This document shows, piece after piece, positions 57,300-64,000 of a stretch of DNA of 64,000 bases. The notes under the pieces were generated by a model that had not been told where the DNA came from, searched no databases, and saw only the letters and a list, made by a program, of their open reading frames with translations. The position numbers were made by a program, and so were the translations under genes. This DNA comes from a virus. The stretch is from IMG/VR virus record IMGVR_UViG_3300025133_000033. One strand, given 5' to 3'. Position 1 is the stretch's first letter. Each line of letters opens with the position of its first letter.

Positions 57300-59781
57300 C
57301 GTCTGGTCCTGTGTCTGTTGCAGGTACTCCTGCATCTAATTCGTATGCTGTCTTACCTTCGATAAGCTTAGCGTATTGACCCTTCATTAGAATATTTATA
57401 TAGTCTCCATCCTCTAATCCTTCCCCGTGGCGGGCAACTACTGGTACTAGTTTACGATTCCCGTTCTCGGGGCCGTCCTTTGCCACCTCTTCATCAGACT
57501 TATTTTTATAGATTGTAAAGTTTGAGCATAGCCAAATGATACGATCAGAACCACTAGCGGTATCTGTTGACTCTTTCGTAATACCATCCCTATTCAATTG
57601 GACAAAGGTTAGAATAGGTACATCATAACGTAGAGAGAAATTATGCAAGGCGGTCATCATAAAGCCTAGAACTTGGAACTCTTTCATGTCCCCACGAATT
57701 TCTGCTGAGTCCATTAGCTTCAGATAGTCATAGATTATAACACAGTCTTTAGCTTTTCCTTGATCGTTGAGACCAACTACACGGGCTATCCATCTTCTCA
57801 TAATTGATAGCTGGTCTTCAAATGGCTTTCCTCCTACATTTTTATGGTAGTAGGGGATATTCTTATTCTGTCTACCTTGTTCTAATAGTCTCTCAGACTG
57901 GTACTGGCTCTTGGTAAACTGCCCTGTTTCCATCTCATTAATTGTAGTCTTGTGATCAGAGTCGTATGACAGCATAGCCATACCACGATTCTGATGATCG
58001 CTTTTCCTCATTTCAGTATCAAGGTCAAGGACTGGTATATCGAAGGACTTGGCAATATGCACTCCTATATTCTCTGCCATCACTGTCTTGCCTGTGTTCT
58101 TGGTGGCAATATAATCGTCTGTTATATACATTTCATCATAAGCATCTACCTTAATACATCTGGTATCCATCTGTCCTAAAGATTTCACCTCAATAAGACC
58201 GCGTGTTAATACTCCTCTTTGCCTAGCGTGGCACCTATCTTTTTTGCGAGATAAACGAAAGCATAGTCTATTATCATTCAATCGTGGATGGACCCGATAA
58301 GACAGGAAGGAAGATCCTTCGCAGGTTGTGATTCTACTTTTGTAAGTTGCCATTCCTCCCAATGATTGTACTAGACTAACCATGTCTTTAGCTAATTCCT
58401 CGGATGTGGTGGAATACTCTAGAAATCCACGCTTATCAACCGATCCATCTCCATCCATAAGTCCCTGCAATAAGGCAGTCCTGTTTTCTAAAGAGGAGAA
58501 TAAGTACTCTTTAGGAATGAATTTATAATGACTAGTTTTGCCGAATAGCTGTAAACGTCTTAGCTCATTAGTAAAAATATTTTGTTTATACTCTGTGCTT
58601 CCTCCTCTTCTGCCGTGAGTGATTGCGTAGTCGTATCGCGACCTATGTTTAACAAAATAATCTTTGTTGGTTGTAGAAACGATTTCTTGTATATTATCAA
58701 TAATTTCAGCATCAGCGGAACTGAATCCCGTGGAATGAGTAAGACTTCCCTCAGCAATCAGTATTCCCAATAAGTAAGGATCAATTATATGGCCTTGATC
58801 CTTATTAAGTTGTAATGGCGATACTAGAGGGAATCTCCATCGTGCTCTTTCATGAATAGATCCGGGGGCTATAAAGAGTGAATCATTTTGCAGGTTTTGC
58901 CATGACAGAGTTTGATAGTCTTTACTTTTAGTATGTCTTACTTTCCAGCGGTGCTCATCACACGCCCGTGTTGAAGAGCCATCGTTAAATCTAAACTCAA
59001 AGACTTCTTTAGACCCCGTATTAAATACCTCTAGGACTTTAGTAGTTCCCCCGTCTGGATGACATATTATATCTCCAACCTTAATATCGCGATATAGAAT
59101 CCATCCCTCTGGAGTAAGAATCTTCGCATCTAAAGGTTGGCACTTAGGACGAGCACCAATAACATTGACTGTTCCTCTTCTAAGCCCTCCGCCAATAGCA
59201 AAGTCGTACTTAATAAAGCCTGTAGGAATACCAATTTGATCGACGGGATTTTCGCCTAGCTCTGCCAAGTATTCTTCAATATCCTCAAATACCTTCTGCG
59301 GAGCATCGTCATGGTCATTTAGCAGGGAGGTAAAGTCGAAGATAGACTCTTCGGCAATTCCTAAGATATGGGAGATTGGCTCATCGCCCTTTAGGAGTAG
59401 ATACTTATCCTTTGTTTCCTCTAGCTGGTCATGCATCATTCGGGCTATTTGTAGCTTGCGAATCTTGCCTGCGAATCGACGCACATTATCTAAGAGTACA
59501 GGAAACTTAAGAATAGCAGTAAGATGAGCTAGTTCTTGACGCTGTTGAATAAAGTCTGAGACGCCTAGCTCTTTCGCAGAGGACAGGATAGATGCTATGT
59601 CTATCTTTCTCGCATCGTCCTCCTCCAGCATCCTCTTTATACACGCATACAAAACTCCGTTAGACTCAATAGTAAATGATTCACTATTGATAATATCGGC
59701 AACATCGTAGTATGCTTCTCCGTTGTATCTACATAGCCCAGCCAGAACAGCACGTTCGGCAGCGGGGTCAGATAGTATCAT
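57277..59781 (-). CDS. dnaB: replicative DNA helicase containing an intein
   Basis: AAERAVLAG, GIPTGF, Walker A GARPK|TGKT interrupted by the intein, IYDYLKLM, VQLNR. Confidence 0.93.
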   Translation of the reverse strand: MILSDPAAERAVLAGLCRYNGEAYYDVADIINSESFTIESNGVLYACIKRMLEEDDARKIDIASILSSAKELGVSDFIQQRQELAHLTAILKFPVLLDNVRRFAGKIRKLQIARMMHDQLEETKDKYLLLKGDEPISHILGIAEESIFDFTSLLNDHDDAPQKVFEDIEEYLAELGENPVDQIGIPTGFIKYDFAIGGGLRRGTVNVIGARPKCQPLDAKILTPEGWILYRDIKVGDIICHPDGGTTKVLEVFNTGSKEVFEFRFNDGSSTRACDEHRWKVRHTKSKDYQTLSWQNLQNDSLFIAPGSIHERARWRFPLVSPLQLNKDQGHIIDPYLLGILIAEGSLTHSTGFSSADAEIIDNIQEIVSTTNKDYFVKHRSRYDYAITHGRRGGSTEYKQNIFTNELRRLQLFGKTSHYKFIPKEYLFSSLENRTALLQGLMDGDGSVDKRGFLEYSTTSEELAKDMVSLVQSLGGMATYKSRITTCEGSSFLSYRVHPRLNDNRLCFRLSRKKDRCHARQRGVLTRGLIEVKSLGQMDTRCIKVDAYDEMYITDDYIATKNTGKTVMAENIGVHIAKSFDIPVLDLDTEMRKSDHQNRGMAMLSYDSDHKTTINEMETGQFTKSQYQSERLLEQGRQNKNIPYYHKNVGGKPFEDQLSIMRRWIARVVGLNDQGKAKDCVIIYDYLKLMDSAEIRGDMKEFQVLGFMMTALHNFSLRYDVPILTFVQLNRDGITKESTDTASGSDRIIWLCSNFTIYKNKSDEEVAKDGPENGNRKLVPVVARHGEGLEDGDYINILMKGQYAKLIEGKTAYELDAGVPATDTGPDDDEDVAF
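58096..59142 (-). mobile_element. 349-aa intein with LAGLIDADG homing endonuclease
   Basis: Starts CQPLDAKILTP, block B CDEHRW, LLGILIAEGS and LLQGLMDGDGS, ends YITDDYIATKN followed by +1 Thr. Confidence 0.92.
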
Positions 59782-59924
59782 TCATTTCTCCATAACATCA
59801 AAATAGCAACCGGAATAATCACTGCGGGATAAGGTCTATCAAACCCCACTCTATACAAATGGTCGAAGAACATCCCAACCACCACCATTATACATAGAAG
59901 CTCAACAAGATGAAGTCTAATCAT
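59778..59924 (-). CDS. 48-aa membrane micro-protein (not in ORF track)
   Basis: MIRLHLVELLCIMVVVGMFFDHLYRVGFDRPYPAVIIPVAILMLWRNE*; TAATG and ATGA coupling to both neighbours. Confidence 0.6.
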   Translation of the reverse strand: MIRLHLVELLCIMVVVGMFFDHLYRVGFDRPYPAVIIPVAILMLWRNE

Positions 59925-60487
59925 TATCCGCAAGCCGTAGCTGAACAGTCGTTACATTTGTATCTTTTTACATTATGAACCATAGAAGCAGAGACTTCCT
60001 CTTCCTCTCCGCAGCCACGACAACGCACCCAAATCATTGGAGAGGGACGGGCCTGCTTCTTCGTTTTTCTTTTGTTATTTTTATCAAGCTTAGAAGCATC
60101 TTTTAATTCTTGTCGTTCTTCTGCATCGAGAGAAGTATCTCCAATAAAATCTAAGAACCTATTCTCACGAGGAGAGTCAATGTCATACTCAAGAGTTCTG
60201 CACGCTGACCCCTTACTAATCTTACGCTCTTGTGTACGAGGTCTGCTTCTTTTTCCCCTTTTGTTGCGACGAGGACGCTGTTCTTCGATCTCTTCTAAAT
60301 CGGTACTATCTTCTTGCCTACGTTTCTTTCCACGCCCACGACGGCGGTTAGGTTTCTTCTGAATCTCATGCTTCGTAGGCTTCTCCTCTGGTGCTTCGCT
60401 GTCACCCAAAGCCTCTTCAAGCTTATCGAGCATAGAGTTATCCATCTTAGCAAGCAGGCTTGCTATTCTATCTTTTTTATTACTCAT
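59924..60487 (-). CDS. Arg/Lys-rich protein with C-terminal Zn ribbon
   Basis: CRGC...CNDC. Confidence 0.65.
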   Translation of the reverse strand: MSNKKDRIASLLAKMDNSMLDKLEEALGDSEAPEEKPTKHEIQKKPNRRRGRGKKRRQEDSTDLEEIEEQRPRRNKRGKRSRPRTQERKISKGSACRTLEYDIDSPRENRFLDFIGDTSLDAEERQELKDASKLDKNNKRKTKKQARPSPMIWVRCRGCGEEEEVSASMVHNVKRYKCNDCSATACG

Positions 60488-60981
60488 CCCTTCATTACCT
60501 TTGCTTTCTGTAGGTTCACGAATAAATCGCTTAGGTTTTTAATGGAAGTGGAAAGGTATGTTATACGGTCTGCCCGCTGTTGTGCATACCTTTGAATCCT
60601 TAATACTCCACTAGCATAGCCATCTTCTTTAGTAGCTTGGAAGAACTGACTTTCCCATGACCCTGTATATTGAGACTCTCTGCCAGAGATGAACTCTTTA
60701 AGGACCGCTGTGGCCCAATTGATCCTGGCATTTTCACGGTTAAGTGCTCGTTGTAAGTAAAATGCGTAGTTGCCTAGCACCAACGCTGCCTCAGCACAAT
60801 CTTCTAGCGTTAGTTTTTCGCGGTCCCTTGGACCCAGCGACAAGTATCGTTGAACTTCTGTGTCTTCTTGGCCCTCAATAAAGGCTGGCAATCCCAGCCC
60901 CTTTTCGTACTCATTCAACACCTCATCGAGTTTATCAAGCCTATCCCTTGGCGTCATCGGCTTTGTATTCTCGTCAGCCAT
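60484..60981 (-). CDS. helical hypothetical protein
   Basis: Operon-coupled ORF. Confidence 0.6.
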   Translation of the reverse strand: MADENTKPMTPRDRLDKLDEVLNEYEKGLGLPAFIEGQEDTEVQRYLSLGPRDREKLTLEDCAEAALVLGNYAFYLQRALNRENARINWATAVLKEFISGRESQYTGSWESQFFQATKEDGYASGVLRIQRYAQQRADRITYLSTSIKNLSDLFVNLQKAKVMKG

Positions 60982-61364
60982 TCTTCTATCTTTTCGTTAT
61001 AGGGTAATTCTATCAAGGTTATTCTGTTTTGTTCGCACCAGTCCCGCTTGTCCTGGTCCCTCTTTTTTTGAGCCATAAAGTCGGAAGCTGTAGAGTGGAA
61101 CAGACTATTGAATTTGTAGTGCTGCTGGCCGTTGACCTCCACAGCCAATTTAATATTGCTTATGAAGAAATCAAAGTACTGAGTTACCCCCCTTTTAATA
61201 GGGATGGACACCTCTTCAATTATCTGTGTCGTAGGGAACAGTTCATAAAGTATCTGTCGAGCTGCTAGATGTAACTGTGATCTATTACGGGTATCCTCCG
61301 CCGTCACAATCTCACCGCTTGGCTTCCAGTCTACTATATCCCCATCAAGATCGCGAGTTTTCAT
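60954..61364 (-). CDS. Vsr/DUF559-like endonuclease
   Basis: YFDFFI...LAVEVNGQQHY...RDQDKRDWCEQNRITLIELPY. Confidence 0.75.
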   Translation of the reverse strand: MKTRDLDGDIVDWKPSGEIVTAEDTRNRSQLHLAARQILYELFPTTQIIEEVSIPIKRGVTQYFDFFISNIKLAVEVNGQQHYKFNSLFHSTASDFMAQKKRDQDKRDWCEQNRITLIELPYNEKIEEWLTRIQSR

Positions 61365-61395
61365 TTACGCCCTTTAAAAAACTTCTTCTTCGCAT

Positions 61396-62532
61396 TTAAT
61401 ATCTCCCTAAGATCGTATACTTATTATTCAATACAGAGATTCCCTGTAGGCCCCAACCATACATTCCTGCACGCCGTTGTCGATGAGGGTTAGAATCACT
61501 ATAAAGCATGATATCCTTTTGTGTCTCTGGCCTGGTTATATAAAAAGGATATGATCCATTGGACTGATCTAGACCAAGACAAAACATTTCGCTCTTAAGA
61601 GAAATAGGAGGTAGCCCCAACTCATATGTTATAAATCTGTTAGCTTCTCCCGCATAAGAGAAGCTGTCATGGAAATGTATCTTGATACCTTTATAAAGAA
61701 GTCCTTTATTTTTGATAGCTTCTTGCCAAGCCTTTTCTCCATATTCTTCTATAAACCACGACTGAATAAGCTCGGGACTAGTATAAGCGTCGGTAAGACA
61801 CCTTCCATCCTCCCTCATCTTTTCTTTCATCTTCTCTATCAGCATGATACTCTGTCCTGATACAGTGTTATTGCGATCAAAGGCAGCAGCAATCAAAGTA
61901 TTCCAAGCGTCTGTAGATAGTTTGCTTCTAAAGGATTCAATGAAGGCTTCTATTGCTGCCCCTAATATATCCCATCGAACATCACGACAGTAGACCAAAC
62001 GCCAGTCTATTGAGCTTGCTATTTCATAGTTTGGTACGGCTACATGGTCTCCTTCTGTGAGTCTATCTGGGACATGGCCATGATTAGGTATTATATAGGC
62101 ACTGTCTATGCCTTTTGGCAACGAGAAGACACAATAGGAGTTGTGGTTTGGAGACTCTGGAACATAGTGAAGCTCATGAAAAATATCAAAGACAATATCT
62201 TCCCGTATAGAAGCATTTACGCCATCCTGAATAATAACACAGAACTCTTCCATCGCAGCTTCAGAGGTCTTCATGTCATAACTGCCTATCCTCATGACAA
62301 TATCATTAATCACTGCTTGTGGAGGCAGATTAAAGCCTTTATTCGAAGGGGCTGTCTTCCTCATAGGAGACATTACCTTCTTGAGATCTACCTTTAAGTC
62401 CTTGCCTATATCGGGATCTACATCATCTAAAGTAGTAGTTGATATGTTGACTCCAGCAGCCTCAAGATCGACAGCAAGAGGGACGCTAATACCTAAGACG
62501 CCTAACGCTTTTACAAAGTCTCTTCTTTTCAT
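61396..62532 (-). CDS. major capsid protein paralog with N-terminal Tat signal peptide
   Basis: MKRRDFVK plus hydrophobic segment; collinear similarity to the MCP at 16138-17136 (AYIIPNHGHVPDR vs AYTIPNHGRIPER; HRQRRAGMYGWG vs HRQRRGGVYGWG). Confidence 0.85.
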   Translation of the reverse strand: MKRRDFVKALGVLGISVPLAVDLEAAGVNISTTTLDDVDPDIGKDLKVDLKKVMSPMRKTAPSNKGFNLPPQAVINDIVMRIGSYDMKTSEAAMEEFCVIIQDGVNASIREDIVFDIFHELHYVPESPNHNSYCVFSLPKGIDSAYIIPNHGHVPDRLTEGDHVAVPNYEIASSIDWRLVYCRDVRWDILGAAIEAFIESFRSKLSTDAWNTLIAAAFDRNNTVSGQSIMLIEKMKEKMREDGRCLTDAYTSPELIQSWFIEEYGEKAWQEAIKNKGLLYKGIKIHFHDSFSYAGEANRFITYELGLPPISLKSEMFCLGLDQSNGSYPFYITRPETQKDIMLYSDSNPHRQRRAGMYGWGLQGISVLNNKYTILGRY

Positions 62533-63539
62533 TATTCTAGTCCTGCCATTTCTCTTACTTGTTTATTTAAATCATCAAAAGCTTCTCTGTCTTGTTCAAG
62601 ATACGCGGCTGCTTTTACCTTCCCTTGGAACTGACTATCATCTGGCCACTTGATCCATGCTCCAGCTTTTCTTAAGATCCCAAAGTCACATGCCACGTCA
62701 ACCAATTCCATTTCCTCCCAAATGCCATGCCCATACTTCATGTAGCTTTGCACCTTTTGACCTGGAGGAGTGTTCGTTGCGGTGTTCTCCACGATCCAAT
62801 TAATCTTCTGCCCTATCTGATGCTCACCTTGTTTTAAAGGCTCTTTATGGGTAGCGTATAGCTTCACGTCTTGGGCATATTTCAGTGCGTTGCCCGACTT
62901 CTCTGTCTTCTTTTTTGCATTTCCCATAGCACCAATGTTAGCCATGATATGAGTGATCCCTACAAGAGTTACTCTATTGATAGGCAACACATTAGCGAAG
63001 CGACGGGTAAACTTTGCAATAAACTTTTGCATAACCGCAACCTGTGCATCTTCAATATCTTGCACCAGCTCTTTTTCTGAAGCTAGAGCTGAGAAGGAGT
63101 CTATAACTCCAACAGAATGTGGTACATAGTGAACCAGCTTATCAAAAATTGAAAGATATTTCTCTCCCGTTAAGATGTTGCCTTTCTTTGATCCGATAAC
63201 CTTAAAAAACTCTGGGTCAAGATCAAGGCCGTTCACTCCAAGTAGGTCACGCTTCTTGAGGCGACCCTCAATATTGCCATACATAATCTTACGACGAGTG
63301 CCATCTTCTAGCAGTACCTTCTGAGCGTTCTTACAGAACTGTAATGCTGTAACAGTTTTACCAACCTTCTCTGGGCCAGTCATGACAAACAAAGAGCCTT
63401 CGGGAACTCCTCCCCCCAAGGCTATGTCTAGTTTAGGTGATAGTGGAATTATAGGAGGAGCATTCTCAATGATCGTTGCTGGATCAAGTAATACTTCCCC
63501 GTACTCTTTAAGGATATCTTTTTCAAATGCGTCATTCAT
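62532..63539 (-). CDS. recA: RecA/UvsX-like recombinase
   Basis: LDIALGGGVPEG, GPEKVGKT, VIDSFSAL, SGNALKYA, KAGAW. Confidence 0.88.
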   Translation of the reverse strand: MNDAFEKDILKEYGEVLLDPATIIENAPPIIPLSPKLDIALGGGVPEGSLFVMTGPEKVGKTVTALQFCKNAQKVLLEDGTRRKIMYGNIEGRLKKRDLLGVNGLDLDPEFFKVIGSKKGNILTGEKYLSIFDKLVHYVPHSVGVIDSFSALASEKELVQDIEDAQVAVMQKFIAKFTRRFANVLPINRVTLVGITHIMANIGAMGNAKKKTEKSGNALKYAQDVKLYATHKEPLKQGEHQIGQKINWIVENTATNTPPGQKVQSYMKYGHGIWEEMELVDVACDFGILRKAGAWIKWPDDSQFQGKVKAAAYLEQDREAFDDLNKQVREMAGLE

Positions 63540-63970
63540 TCTAGGTCTTTCAGTTCTGATATTACGGATTTCTTTGAATTGTTACTATCAAAGGTCTTCT
63601 TTTCCCTAAAATCATATAACACCTCTTCAGCTATTTGTCGAGAGATCTCCTCCTTCAGTACATACTCTTCAATGACCTTATGTAGCCACCCGCTACGAAG
63701 AGAGTAGGTCTTGTATGTACGATTATCGCGTAGAGCAGCGATAACAGCATGTTCTCCATGCTCTTTGATGAGGCGGTTAGCTAATACGACCTGAAATTGA
63801 AAATACTTTTTCCAATCTGGCAATTCCCAGAAGCGAAGGGGTAGATCCGCTCTGTCATTCTGAGCCTTTTTTTCACAGATAAGCTCAGCTATGTACTGGG
63901 CGGCATGAACCCATCCTCGGGGAGCATACCTGGATTGATAGCGACTTTTATCAGATCGTTCTTTGGCCAT
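63536..63970 (-). CDS. hypothetical protein (144 aa)
   Basis: ATGA-coupled to recA. Confidence 0.65.
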   Translation of the reverse strand: MAKERSDKSRYQSRYAPRGWVHAAQYIAELICEKKAQNDRADLPLRFWELPDWKKYFQFQVVLANRLIKEHGEHAVIAALRDNRTYKTYSLRSGWLHKVIEEYVLKEEISRQIAEEVLYDFREKKTFDSNNSKKSVISELKDLE

Positions 63971-64000
63971 TTATTTTTCGTCAGAGATTTTATGGATTGT

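Overview
A 64-kb segment of a large tailed dsDNA phage (Caudoviricetes; probably siphovirus-like because no tail sheath gene is recognisable; host not determinable from sequence). There are three zones. (1) 1-3300 is a repeat- and promoter-dense early/regulatory region: five consensus sigma70 promoters on the - strand each driving tiny genes, three sigma54-type (-24/-12) motifs on the + strand, five pairs of a palindromic TAAGTC-N13-RRNTTA element at fixed 51-bp spacing, and a 280-bp tandem array. (2) 3803-39333 (+) is the packaging and morphogenesis arm: phage sigma factor, GT90 glycosyltransferase, gmd, HNH, secreted trypsin-like protease, ERCC4 nuclease, TerL, portal, protease with nested scaffold, major capsid protein, neck/tail genes and a 3013-aa tape measure protein. 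(3) 39428-63970 (-) is the replication, recombination and glycosylation arm: RecA, DnaB with a P-loop intein, primase, dNMP kinase, Cas4-like nuclease, an intein-less split DnaE flanking a DnaQ-like exonuclease, a second sigma factor, and an 8-gene glycosyl/nucleotidyl-transferase operon. The two most striking observations are a full-length paralog of the phage's own major capsid protein fused to a twin-arginine (Tat) signal peptide (61396-62532), and an apparent sigma54-driven, hairpin-rich small-RNA unit (16-158) whose core is repeated through the early region. All product calls come from motif recognition by eye; no database searches were run.
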